Source: Lama guanicoe (taxonomy: Eukaryota). From it: DNA of 64,000 nucleotides. Of this stretch, positions 13,001 to 26,200 are shown in pieces. The notes beneath the pieces were generated by a model that saw only the letters and a list, made by a program, of their open reading frames with translations, was not told the origin of the DNA and ran no database searches. The stretch is taken from positions 1,552,001 to 1,616,000 of the forward strand of contig MU053504.1 in the NCBI GenBank assembly GCA_013239625.1, given 5' to 3'. The first letter of the stretch is position 1. Every line of letters begins with the position of its first letter. Made by a program: the position numbers and the translations under genes.

Positions 13001-15118
13001 CCAGAAGAGGAGACGTGAAGCATGGGTGTGGCTGAAGGTTAGTCAGGCGGTCAAGAAGTCACAGGAATTTACCTGAGGGTCTTCATATTCTCTGGGAAGA
13101 ATGAGATCTTCACCATGATTTTCCTGGTTGTGATCTATGGATTTATCTTGTTAGTGACATGGATCTTAAATTCTGACCGAACTCTCCCTAGTTTCTGCAT
13201 ACAAGTCCTCTCCAACTTGGCACCTGCTATGCATTTGTTCTTTTCCCTTGTATCTTTTGCTGCTCTTTCTTCCGCACTTTCCTTCTTTTAGTTTTGCTTC
13301 TTATATTCATTCTCTGTAGTGAAATCTGTTTTCTTTTTAACTCTTATTGATTATTTTTATTTATAAAAAGATGCTCTTTATCTGAAAAATCTTGTAAATA
13401 CAATATAAAGAACATAAAAATCAGAAAGTACTGTGCCAAAATGTTTGTAGGTTTTTCCTTCCAGTCTTACTTTCATGCCTATACATTCATATGCATATAT
13501 ACATGTATAACTTTAGTTGAGATCAAACGGTAGATTTGGTTTTGATCTGGCTTTTATTTTTAAGCTTAAAAATGAAGGGTTTGTTCTATTTTCTTAAATT
13601 CTTTGAATGTAGCGTATCAAACAGCAACAGTTATCATCTTGAATAGCAGCATAATACTAATTAGCAACTTTCCCCTTTTTTCCCCACTGTTGGGTATTTG
13701 GATTGTTTCTTCTGTTTTTCCACTTAGTGATTATCTGTATATCATTTTAATCTGAGTTTCAGATTATTTACATTTATTCAATAATAGTAACTTGAAAATG
13801 GATCAGAGAACAATGTGGACACCTTTAAGATTCTTGTGTAATCTTTCTGGAAAGGAGTTTGTTATTATAGGCTAATAGGCCTTCCCACCAGCATTTGAGT
13901 TCTTTTCTTGAGACTCTTGCCGGCTTCAATAATTCATGTCATTGATCTTTTCTAATTTGGAAAGTAAGTAAAAATGTTCTCTTATTATATTCCTTTGGTT
14001 AGTGGGGATGGTCAACACTTTTTCGTATATTTTCTTAGCTGTTTTTCTCTTCTGTAAAATACCTATTTAGGTTCTTCACATTTTTCAAAATTAGAGTCTT
14101 AAAGTTATATTATTTATAAGATAAGAATTCTTGTTTTAATCCTTTGTCTTACTTGTTATAATTTTCCCAGTTCAGTGCCTTTTTAAAAAAAAGAATAGAC
14201 TTTATTTTTTAGAGCAGTTGTAGGTTCAGAGCACAATTGAGCAGAAAGTATAGAAAATTCGCAAATATTCCCTGCTTCCACACACACACACTCGTCCCCC
14301 ACTGCTGACATCCTGCACATTTATTACAGTTGATGAACCTATATTGACATCTTACCACCCGAAGTCCGTAGTTTACATTAGGGATTTCTTCTTGCATTGT
14401 ACATTCTGTGGGTTTGGAAAGATGTTTAATGACATGTATCCACCATTGTATTACCATACAGAATAGTTTCACTGCCCTTATAGTCTCTGTGCTTCACCTT
14501 TTCATTTTGCTCTCCTCCCTAACCCAGCAACCACTGATGATTTTACTGTCTCCATAGTCTTGCCTTTTCAAGAATGTTATATAGTTGGAATCATACAGTA
14601 GGTAGCATGTTCATATTGGCTTCTTTCACTTAGTAATATGCATTTAAGTTTACCCCATGTCCCTTCATAGCTTGACAGATCATTTCCTTTTCGTACTGAG
14701 TAATATTCCATGGTCTAGATGTACTGTATTTATCCATTCACTAACTGAAGAACGTGTTGGTTGCTTCCGAGTGTTGGCGGTTATGAATAAAGCAGGTTTT
14801 TGTGTGGACATTAAGTTTTCAACTCTCTTGAGTAAATACCACGGAGTGCAATTGCTAGGATCATATGGTAAGAGTGTGTTTACTTTTGTAAGAAACCACC
14901 AAACTGCCTTCCAAGCTGGCTGTACCATGTTGCATTCCCACAGTAAGTGAGAGTTTCTGTTGCTCCACATCCTCACCAGGATTTGGTGTTATCAGTGTTT
15001 TGGATTTTGGCCATTCTGATAAATGTACAGTGGTGTCCCATTGTTTCAATTTGCAGTTTCCTAATGACATATGTTGTTGAGCATCTTTGCATATGCTTAT
15101 ATGCCATCTGTATATCTT

Positions 15119-15177
15119 TTTAAAAAATTCTTTTTTATTGTGTTATAGTCAGTTTACAATGTTGTTTCAGTTTCCGG
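15119..15177 (-). mobile_element. 59-bp truncated young L1 3' end with 17-bp TSD
   Basis: tgccatctgtatatctt at 15102-15118 and 15178-15194. Confidence 0.85.
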
Positions 15178-15591
15178 TGCCATCTGTATATCTTGTTTGA
15201 GGTGTCTGTGTAGGTCTTTTGACCGTTTTTTAATTGGGTTGATACTTTTTTTGTTGTTGTTGTTGTTGAGTTTTAAGAATTCTTTATTTTGGATAGCAGT
15301 CCTTTAACTGATATGTCTTTTGCAAATATTTCCTCGCAGTCTGTGGCTTGTCTTCTCCTTTTGACGTTGCCTTTTGCAGAGCAGTTTTCCATTTTAATGA
15401 AGTACAGCTTATTGATTATTTTTTTAAAGGCTCTGCCTTTGGTGCTGTATCTAAAAAGTCATCACCATACCAAGGTCATCTACATTTACTTCTGTGTCAG
15501 CTTCCAGGAGTCTTACAGTTTTGCATTTACATTTAGGTCTGATTCCTTTTGAGTTAATTTTTGTGAGGAGTGTAAGGTCTGTGTCTAGATT

Positions 15592-15616
15592 TTGTGTGTG
15601 TGTGTGTGTGTGTGTG
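15592..15616. repeat. (TG)n microsatellite
   Basis: Direct reading. Confidence 0.95.
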
Positions 15617-16844
15617 CGCCAAACCATCCCAGCACCATTTGTTGAAAAGACTGTCTTTGTTCCATTGTGTTGCCTTTGCTCCTTTGTCAAAGATCAATTG
15701 GTCAAATTTATGAGAGTTCTGTATGTGGGCTCTCTTGGTCCCAGTGACCTGTTTGTCTGTTCTTTACCCAGTACCACACTCTCTTATTTACTGTTGCTTT
15801 CTTATATTACTGTTTGCTTTTATAGTAATCCTCCAACTTTCCTCTGCTCCGTCAAGTGTTGCGTTGGCTATTCTCAGTCTTTTGCATCTGTATATAAACT
15901 TTAGAACCAGTTTGTTGATATCCACAAACTAGCTTGGTAGGATTTTGACTGAGATGGCAGCAAAACCAGACTGGGAAGAACTGACATCCTGACAAGATTG
16001 TCTTCCTGTCATTAACGTTGTTTATGATTGACTTAGTAGTGTCATTTTTTTTTTATTGTCAGATAATCCATTTTTACCTTTGTGATTTATTCCTTGTGAT
16101 GTGTTACATTACCTTTATCTTTGGAAGATCCTTCCTCACCCTGAGCTCATATATTCATTTTTTCCCTTTTAAAACGTGTTTCTAAGCATTTAATTCTTCA
16201 CCCCATCTGGATTTTATTTTGGTATAAGAAATGAGGTGGTGGTCTAACCTTCTTCCCCCAAATACATAGTAATTTTTCCCAAAACCATTTCCTGTTGATT
16301 TATCAAGAATAGACACACATACACACACAGTAATCAGCGTTCCAGTCTGTTTCCTAACCCTTATGGAGGGAACTGTATGCTTTCCCAATTTTAGATTATG
16401 GTCACTAGGGAACTGGTCAGATCTTATATGGCTGTACCATGGGAAGGCCACCAGCTGAACCCAGGTCTCCTAGGTATGGTTGCTGGTACCAGAGGCAAAT
16501 TCCTGGGATGTTTATTTTTCCATCCTCCCTCGGAGATTCTCCTGTGCCTCTTGGGGAGGCATGTCCTGATTCCCTTGGAGAATCACTGCTGTATTGAATT
16601 ACCTCTAGGTTGTGAGTCTGAGTATTTTGCTGCCTGACTGTTTCCCTAGTACCTAGCTTAGTAAAGGGCACAAACATCTGAATGGATGAATGAGCCACTA
16701 ATACCAGCGGGAATGTCACGGTCCTCTGATAACGGTTTGAAGCAAAATTAAGATTGAGAACACCTGTATAATTTTTGCGTTGGGGGGCATTACATTGATG
16801 CAATCAGCTACCTTCTCCATACTTGTCATTTTGAAGCCACTTAA

Positions 16845-16977
16845 GCTGCACATAGCAATTACTTGGGGAGCTTCTAAAAGGATTGCTGCACCCCCAGAGA
16901 TGTAGTCTGGCACAGGGGCTTTTTAAAGTTCTTTGCGTGATTCTAAAGTATAGCCAAGGTTGAGAATCACTGCTCTA
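16845..16977. mobile_element. MER5-type hAT-Charlie fragment
   Basis: gtgattctaaagtatagccaaggttgagaatcactg end motif. Confidence 0.65.
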
Positions 16978-17170
16978 AAAAGTGTTATTAAGTCTTACTT
17001 ATATTTGTGTAAAGATTCAGTTAATTAATTGGATTCCTGGGCAAGTGTGCCAAAAGATCGATTGATCCTGTGTGTACACAGGATCACAGCTAGAAAGATT
17101 TTGCTCCTTTGATGAGTAGTTTGGGCATAGTATTATGGGACCTTACCTAACATGACTCTCTATTTTCCAG

Positions 17171-17249
17171 GTCAACATGGATATCTGGTTCCTTCTTGTT
17201 CTGCTTGGCAGTGGTCTGATACATGTTGGTGCCAACAACACTACTATAG
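17171..17249 (+). CDS. PTPRA: PTPRA first coding exon (6 nt UTR, ATG at 17177; signal peptide)
   Basis: ttttccag|GTCAACATGG...ACTATAG|gtaaat; [24 protein letters not shown]; good Kozak (AACATGG). Confidence 0.95.
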
Positions 17250-20200
17250 GTAAATTGCCATTTAATAGGACTAGTATTTGGAATAGAATTTCTGTTTTAA
17301 ATTTAGTGACCCAAATATGAAGGCCTTAGTGGTATAAAAGAAAGAGAAAATACTAAAGTTTTACTAAAATCGGTGGTAAAACAGGTATCTTTGGAAATCC
17401 CTGAGTCATTTCGTATGCTGAGGATTGTTCTATATACCACATGCTCCTTTGTTTGTTGTTTGTTTTTGAGGGAGAGAGAATTAGGTTTATGTATTTATTC
17501 TTTAATGGAGGTTCTGGGAATTGAACCTGGGATCTCATGCATGCCAAATATGCACACTGCCACTGAGCTATACCCTCCCCACCACATACTACTTTAAATA
17601 AAGAGATTATGTGTTCATTCCTGGAAAGTGAAAAAAAAGGAAAAAAGAATTTGTTGTACTTGAGATTCCTGTATATTGACTCTGAGAAATTAAGTAGAGA
17701 ATTCAGTTTCTCCCTCCCTTTAACAGTAGTCCTTTGGAAGTGGAGAGAGAGGGTCAACATTAAATAAAAACACGCGCGCGTGTGTGTGTGTGTGTGGTCT
17801 TTGGTCTCCGAGTGTTTGAGAGTGTAGTAAGGGCTTGCTGCCTTTGTGCCTCATAACTTCTGAGCTATCAAATTCTTTGTTCAATGTTTTCTCTTTTTTT
17901 TGGTGTTTGTAGTTTCACCTTCAGTAGGTGTTACAAGATCTATTAAAGTATCTACAGCAGAATCACCTAAAGAAGAGACCACAACTTCAAATCCTACTTC
18001 TTCAGTAACTTCTCCTTCTGTGGCACCAACATTCAGCCTAAATCTAACTCTGGGACCCACCTATGTAACCACTGTCAATTCTTCAGACTCTGACAATGGG
18101 ACCACAAGAACAGTAAGCACCAATTCTGTAGTCACTACAGTTTCACCAAATGGAACATGGCTTCCCGATCAGCAGTTCATAGATGCCAGGACAGAACTTT
18201 GGGAAGGGAATGCCAGCACCGCAGCAACCACTCCGGAAACTTTTCCTCCATCAGGTACTAGAGATGGTTTCTATTTGTTCTTTCTTTTGCTCTTTGAGTT
18301 TATTTACCATTTTATTATTTTGGGGTTTTCTAGCCATAAAATTTCTTGAAATAGGTAAAATTGCCCACGGAAAGTAACGAAACTTAGATACAGGGAATTC
18401 TCAGGAATGTCTGGTTAACGTAGAGTTAAGAGGAAAGTAGATTCTGGAGGATGTCTTGCTTTGCATGGGATCCTTGTTAGATCGGGGAGACTTAATTGTG
18501 TTAAAAGGTAGAGAAGAAGGTTGAAAATACAAGAGAAAGAGGGGAGCTGATTGATGATGCAAGAGACTGAAGATGAAAGGATACTGAAACTGAGTAATAG
18601 GATTACCCTTGAAAAGGAAGGGATCCATGGAGACCATGGGAAGAAGAGTAGGTCTGGGTGTCCAACCAGTTAGATGGGAGTGGAAGGCCTGTGGCTGGGA
18701 GTGGAGTTAGGAAAAGGAGGTCAGGGAAACAGTTAAGTTGCAGTGCCAGTTTGTTCTGGGCCTCAGCCCAGCCCACTTCTCTCCTTGAATCAGTCACTGA
18801 TTGAAGTGGAAGTGGGTTCCAGGATAGAATCAGAGACCTGAGTCTGAGACCAGGCTGGGTAGGGCAAGTTTCTGACCTTTTTGAACTTTAGGGTCCTGGT
18901 CTATAAAAGAAAATTGGGGGCCCCTCAAAGGACTTCTGTGAGTAGTAAAGGAAATTGTTCCTTGAAAGCTGTGTAATTCCTTTTCCTAGCAAAAATCACT
19001 GTTCATCTTTGATCTCATCCCCTTGACTCATATCTTTGTTAGACAGTGAGTGACCCTAGGTGGAATCACACATGGCCCGTGGGGGCATGTTTGCTGAACT
19101 GAGTCTCATTTGGTTACTGTAGATGACACGTTACAATTCAGACCCTATACCTGCCAGCTTTAATCCCATATTTTCCACTGTAAAGGTTATGCAGCATTTG
19201 CAGTTAAGAGCACAATCTTCTGAGCCACAGTTCTTGAGTTTGAATCCCAGCTCTGCCATACACTAGCTGTGTGATGATAGGCAAGTTTATTTAACCTCTG
19301 TACCTCAGTTTCTTCGTCTGTAAGTAAGAATGAATATTAATGATAATAGTATCTGCTTCGTTAGGATTAAATCAGTTAATATGGGTGAAACATTTACAAT
19401 GGATCCTGCACATGGTAAGCACTAATTTTAAGTGTTAGGCATTATATTAAGTTTCATAGAAGTAATTTCTATGAAATAGCCAATGGATCCTATTACGTAG
19501 GTTCTGTTTTGTGTTTGACCAGTGAAGGAATTTTATGACGATGAAACTGTAACTTGGGGAGTGTTTTTTAAAGTATAGATCATGACTGATTCATGAAATC
19601 AGTTAGTGGTCCACCACAAATTTGTGTGTATCTGTGTTAATGGATGGTCCTATTCCATTTCTATTCTTTGCATGTTACATATATTATTTTGTAAAACTTT
19701 TTTCAGTTATATGCAAACACATAGTGAGTAATGGTACAAATGTACTTCTTTCTATAAATTATGGCCTTTGCTTAGAGAGGAAAAACAAAATAACCTGTAC
19801 AAGCTGAATTAGTAAATGGAAAAGGTGAGTCTCACATAGGCCTGACTGTCTTTCACAGCATATGTTCTTAACTTCTATTCTGTCCAGTCTTTCATTTACC
19901 AATTCTGTAAGCTGACCAGGATAATTATCTCCTTTTAGTAGATGCTTAAAGTAAGACTGTAGAGGTTAAATGATTTGCCTTAGATCTAAGGCAAGTAGAT
20001 CTGTCAAGTAACAGGTTAGACCTATTTCTCACTTTTGTGGTCTTTCCATACTGCTGTTAGGGAACTGCAGAGTTTTCTGTCATCTGTCCTGGGTTCAAAT
20101 TATGCTATGACTGAGAAACCAGTTATTTATAGTTAACACATTTCCTATCTCAGAGGAGATGAGACTGTTTCACTGGTGACTTTTATTCAAGATCAGTAAA

Positions 20201-23200
20201 AGGAAAACTTCGTTGTATGTCAGGATGTCACACTCTGAAATCCAAATTCTTCTCATCACTACCATTTTACCAACTCTCCTGTAATTGTTACATCATAATT
20301 TTTGGTAAAATCAGTATTTGATGTTTTATGTTCCTATGACTATGTAATATTATTCCCTGCTGAGCTGTAGGTATAATGTGGTTATTTTTTCTTTCTTACA
20401 CAATTTTTTTTCTGGATTTAATAATTGCCTTTTATTTTTTTGTTTGGTTTTCTATTTGCTGTTGCTGTCCAGTTCTTCCCACACTTTCCATAGCCTCGTA
20501 ATACAGTTTTCCACAAAGTCAGACCTGTTAGATATTGTTATTTCTTTTTTACCTGTAGATCTTCCTCCTGAGCCCTCCGCTGTCATGTCCTAGTCAAGTC
20601 TAGGCTAGTTGGTCACCGGGGCTGCTGCTCAAGTGTCAGCCTGTGATTTCCCTTCTTTCTTGTTCTGGAAATTCCCTTTGCTGCTTCCTGGCTTCCATAT
20701 TGTCTTTTCTCTTGGATTACCCCATCATTTGGTAGAAATGTCGCCAAGTAGCTTCCTGAGAAAGAGGTCCATGGGAGGTAAATTGCATGAGACCTTACAT
20801 GTCTAAAGATACCTTTAAGGGTGTGTATAGAATTTGAGGAAATATTTTTTTCCCTAGAATTTTTAAAGCATTGCCCTAACTGACTTCTAATTCCTAGGCT
20901 TAGAGGCTGCTGTCCTGATTCCTAATTCTTTGTGTGTTTTTTAAGATCTTCATTGTTGGTACCCTGAAATTTCATAGAAATGTCTTGATGTGGGTATTTT
21001 TCATTCATTGTGTTGGGTACTTGATAGGACCTTTCGCACTTTAGTCTTTCAGTTCTGGAAAATTTTTTTACATTCCTTCAAAAATTTTCTTCCCTGTTCC
21101 ATTCTCTCTGTTCTCTTCTAAAACTCTTACTATTTGGATATTAGATATATCCTGAATTCTTTAATCTTAGTTTTTCTTTCCTGTTGACCTTTGCTTTGAG
21201 TCTTTCTCTTTTTTAAAATAAGCAAGTATAAAACATACGTATGCATACATACACATGCATACCTTTTTTCTTTCACTTATAACACAGATGATTAATATAC
21301 AGTGTACATTTCTACACTTTATTTCTTTCGATTACCCTGTAGTAAGGAGCTGCTTCATTGTGTGGCTTTACCTTGACGTGTTTATCCCATCTCCCCTATT
21401 AGCCAATGTTAAGGTTAGAGTACTCTTACAAATAATAGTTTGTCTATTCAAGCATATATGAGAATATAGGTAGGATAAATTATTTTAAGTGTGTATTTGT
21501 AAGTTTTAATTGGATATTGCCAGATCTTCTCTATTGGGAAATACGTTCTTGTAAGCTATGTGTCAGAGTGCCTGTTTCCCTACACGTTTCTTCAGTGCAG
21601 TAAATTATCAAACACCTGGATCTATGCCAGATTGACAGGTGAAAATTAATATCTCAGTGTAGCTTTACTTTGCATTTCACTGAGTGAGGCTGAACATCTT
21701 TCCATATTTGGAAGGATCATTTATATATTTTTTTAGAACTCTGTTGATATCCTTTACCCGTTTTTCTTATTAGCATGTCAGATTTTTCTAACTCATTTGT
21801 AGAAGCTCTTTAATGTTAGGGAAATGAGCCCTTTGCCTACTTGGGATAAGATTGCAGATATTTTTCCCAGTTGGCCATCTAGCTTTTTTGTGTTGCAGAA
21901 GCTATCATTATCGATTTTTAATTTTTTTAATTAAAAAATTAATCAGTTTTAACTAAATATTTTCTAGATATTAGATCATATATAGGAAGGCATTCCTTAC
22001 TCCAGTATTATAAAATAATTTTCTTCGTTTTTCTTCTAGACCTTTATGGTTTCGCCTCTGTGTGTGTATGTGCACGTGTGCTTAAGTCTTTGAGCCCTCT
22101 GGAATTCATTCTGATGTTAAGTGTGAGCTGTGGATCTATTTTTTTCTGAAATGGTTGATTTTCCCCAGTACCCTTTAATGAATATTCTTTCTTCACTAAT
22201 TTGAAATGCCACCTTTATCATATATTGATTTCTGATATGTATTTAAGTTCCCATGTGTATTTGAGTTCTCTTTCTGGGCATTTGTATCTTTATTAATCTT
22301 TTTCTCTGTCCATGTACAGAACCCTACTGTTTTAATAATTGTAAGTTTATAAAATACTTAATATCTGATAAGGTGAGTCATCCCTTGTTAATCTTATTTT
22401 TCAGAATTTTGCTAGCAATTCTTGGTTATTTTTCTTCATGAATGTTAGAATAACTTGTATAGCTGGAATACAGTTTTTATTGATCATGTTAAGTTTATAG
22501 ATTAACAGGGACAGTTGATACCTTTAAGGTTTTTATCCAGAAATGCTGCATATTCCATTTGTGGGAGTCTTTTATTTTGTATTTCTTGAAAGTGTTTTAA
22601 AGTTTTCACCACTTGTATTGCACATGTTTTGTTCAGCTTATTTCTAGATATTTCAAAGATTTTTCTTTTTATTTTATTGTTTTTCTTTGTTTTTTGTTAG
22701 TATAGATGGAGTGTTGTGTCTTCTAACTGGCTGTTGTTGGGAATATGAAACCTACTTATTTTTTTAAAATGATATGCAACATTGTTTTTGTTTTAGTGTA
22801 CAACATAAGGCCATTGATTTTTGTAGGTATATTTTATACTGGCCGTCTTAGTTTCTTTGGTGGTTGACATACTTTTCTTCATTTATCATAAGTCTTCAAA
22901 TCATCTCATTTGCAAATATCTCTTCCAGATTTTCAGATCTCTTTCTTCAGTTTAAATGGATTAGTGAATACCTGCAGAACAAAGTTAGACAACAATGGTA
23001 AAGGTAGATAGCCTTGTTTTGTACCTGACTCTAAGGAGGATGCTCTCAGTGGTTTTTCATTAAATATGATGCTGACTCTTGGGTTGAGATAAACATACTT
23101 ATCGTATTCAGGACTTACCCATTTATTCCTATTTCAAAGAGCATTTATGTCAAGAGTTAATGCCAGTTGCCCTCTTGCTCATCATCAATGAGCAAGATCT

Positions 23201-26200
23201 GTGTGATTTTTTTTTATCATTTCCTATGGTGAATCATATTAATAGATTTCCTAATTTTGAACTATTTACATTCTTGCAAAAACAGCTCAGCTTGGTCCTG
23301 TATTTTGTTTTGTTTTGTTTTGTTTTCTTTGGGGAGGGTAATTAGATTTATTTATTTCATAATGGAGGTACTAGGGATTGAACCCAGGACCTCCTGCATG
23401 CCAGCCATGTACTCTACCACTGAGCCACACCCTCCCTCAGTCCTGTATTTTTCCTGAAAGAACTGTTGCAATTTGTTTGATATTATTTTATTTTGAATTT
23501 TTCCATTGACATTCATAAGTTATTTCTAAATGTGATTGGTATGTGTGTTTCCTTTGTATGTATGCTGTTGTCAATAAATTTTGTCGGTATTTTGTTTTGC
23601 TTCATAGGAAGAATTGAAGTTTGCCTAGAAAATTGCTTTTTGTTCAGGTTTTCAAACTTACCTAAATGGAATTGAGGAAAAGTCATCCCCTAGGGTTAAT
23701 TTCTTACAAAGCTATGAATATTTCTGATTTTATATATTTAAGGGTTTTTTTCCTATTTAGGTTGACTAACCATATATCTATTTCATGATTTGTTACTTTT
23801 TTCTTCCAAAGAACCTGCTATTGTATATTTATGAGTTCTGTCATTTTTCAGTTTTTATTTCCTTAGTTTCTTTTATTCTTTCTTCTTCTTTTCTCAGACT
23901 TATTTTGTACTTTTTCTGTCTTCCTCAACTGAAAACTTCATTTATTTTCATTCTTAATTAATATGTATTCAATGCTACAGTTTTTTTTATAAGCACAGCT
24001 TTAGCCATATCCCATAAATGTTCCTATAGGTAGTTGTATTTGTTAGGGTTGGTCTAAGCTGCTCTGACAAAGACATACCAAAATTCGTTGACCACTTAAA
24101 TCACTAAAGACACAAAAGTGTCTTTCTCCCCAACTTTCACATTCCAGGGGTAGACAGGGAGCTTTGCTCATTAGAGACCAAGTTGGGTTTTTGTTGTTTT
24201 GGTTTGTTTTGTTTGTTTTGTTTTGTTTTCCATCCTGATGGTTGCCCTCATCTGCCTGGTCAGAGATGGCTCTCATCATTGGGTTCTGGTTCTAGCCCCT
24301 GGGAAAGAGGAACAGAGAAAATAGGTATGATTTCTTTTCCAAAGAATGTTACCTGAAAGTTACTCTCATCACTTTTGCTCATATGCCATTGACTGGAATT
24401 CTTCATATGACTACACCTAGAATCTCAGAAGTGTAGCCTCTAACTGGACAGCTTTGTGCACGGCTTAAAAAAGGGTGAGGGTGGTTCTATACCAAAGGCA
24501 AGAAGAGGAGACAGATATTGGGGGAGAGTTGGTAGATTCTGCCACAAGTGTGATTTGTTCTTTTTTAAGGTATTTTGCAGTTTGGTTATGACTGTAATTT
24601 TCAACTGTTTTCTTACCTTGTTGATTTCTAGTTTTATTGCATCATGATAAAAGAATATTGTCTGTATTGTTTTTGCTACAAGGAATTTATAAGGGTTTAT
24701 GGATTCTATAATCCTTTGTAAAGTTTCTCTCTTTTAGTATATAGAGTTTGCTCTGTACCAGTTAGAGTGTATTATCTATTATCGTTTTGGTCTTTTGTAT
24801 TTTTAACTTAATCTTGCCCTGTTGCATTTTAATGGCCTAAAAAATATGAAGACCGCAAGTATCACTGTGTTTAGACTTCTCTTTGTGTTCCTGTACTTTT
24901 TGTGAATATTGATGCTGCCTTGTTTTTAGACTCGGAGAAGGACCAACCACTGGTAAAAGTTAGTGAATCTAGGCAGGCTTGTTTCCTAGTTGTTGGAGGG
25001 TACTTCATTTTAGCTCCAACACATCAAAGGGGAAAATATTCATATTCCTAGAGCTTATTTTGTCTTGCCTTTGATTGAACAATAATGTTTTTCTTTAATC
25101 TGAGTGAATGTTTCTATTTTTTACTTATTACGCAGGTAATTCTGACTCGAAGGACAGAAGAGGTGAGCCATTCACCTTATGCCTGTTGTCCTTTTCACAG
25201 TGACAACATCTGTTGTGTTTCCTCTGCTCACAGTCTGTGGTAACCTTGTGCATCTTTGGCTGTTGTGTGTTTGCTCTTCCTTAAGTTGTTTACATATTAA
25301 CATCATGGAGAAGAATAAAAGAAACAAGTATTCATTATGTTTTTAAATGTAGATTACAAATTCTAAAATCTGTGATATACCATAAACAGTTGTGTCTTAC
25401 TTTATCACGCTACCTTGTTAATATTACTCTTTGGTGATACTAGGCCATAATTTCTATGCCATCGTTAATTTCTAATTTCTAGGCCTTAGTTACCATTAAA
25501 CATCCTAACTTTGTGTTGTTTTTTCCTCAGTCTATAAAATGTCAACCTTTTGTCACTTTATATGGATTTTTGGCCCTCTAGCGTAAAGTCCCTGTGGCTG
25601 GAGCTGCTGCGTCGGTGGTCTGATACGCAGGACCGCTGAATCCCTGGTCACAGGAGAATAGAGCAGACAGGTACTCATGTGTAGCCAGCAGCACATTTTG
25701 CTTAGGATAACGGTAAAGCTACCAACAAAGATTGTAAGAAAGGTAGATCATCTAACCAGCTAAGAACTGGTCATTGCATTTGAGCTTGGAAAATGTTAAA
25801 TCTGTGAAGCAATTTTTCTCATTTTGATTTCCTATTTTATCAAGTCAGACTTTTTGAGATTCTTTTTCTTATTCCAGTACTTAACCATGCACAATTTTTC
25901 CTGCATAAGTAATGGTACACTTGAAGGTTTATAAAGTCCCATTAAATAGGGAACATTTGAATCAGAAAAGGAGATACTCTGTACAGCAACTGCTCTTTAA
26001 TTTTAAAAGATTAAAAATAAAAAAGAGAAGTAGGTACGCTAACTCTTTATATTTTGTCCATCTGCCACTGTATTTGGTGAGGAACAGTGAGGTGTTACGC
26101 TGTGTACAGGTTTCCCTGGACGTTCCAGCTCTCACTTTCTTAAACTCAGGAACTAGATTTGATTAATGTAGCATCCTTGCAGATCACGTTCACTTACCAG

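Larger units (their letters stand above)
14195..16020 (-). mobile_element. L1MC-type 3'UTR and ORF2 3' portion
   Basis: tttttagagcagttgtaggttcagagcacaattgagcagaaag terminus; ORF 14680..14976(-) has L1 ORF2 C-terminal-like text (WECNMVQPAWKAVW). Confidence 0.85.

Noticed and set aside
17451..17580. tRNA gene
   Set aside because: A/B boxes belong to a SINE with tail and TSD; no full cloverleaf
25600..25642. REST/RE1 site
   Set aside because: Only a partial, gapped match to the consensus
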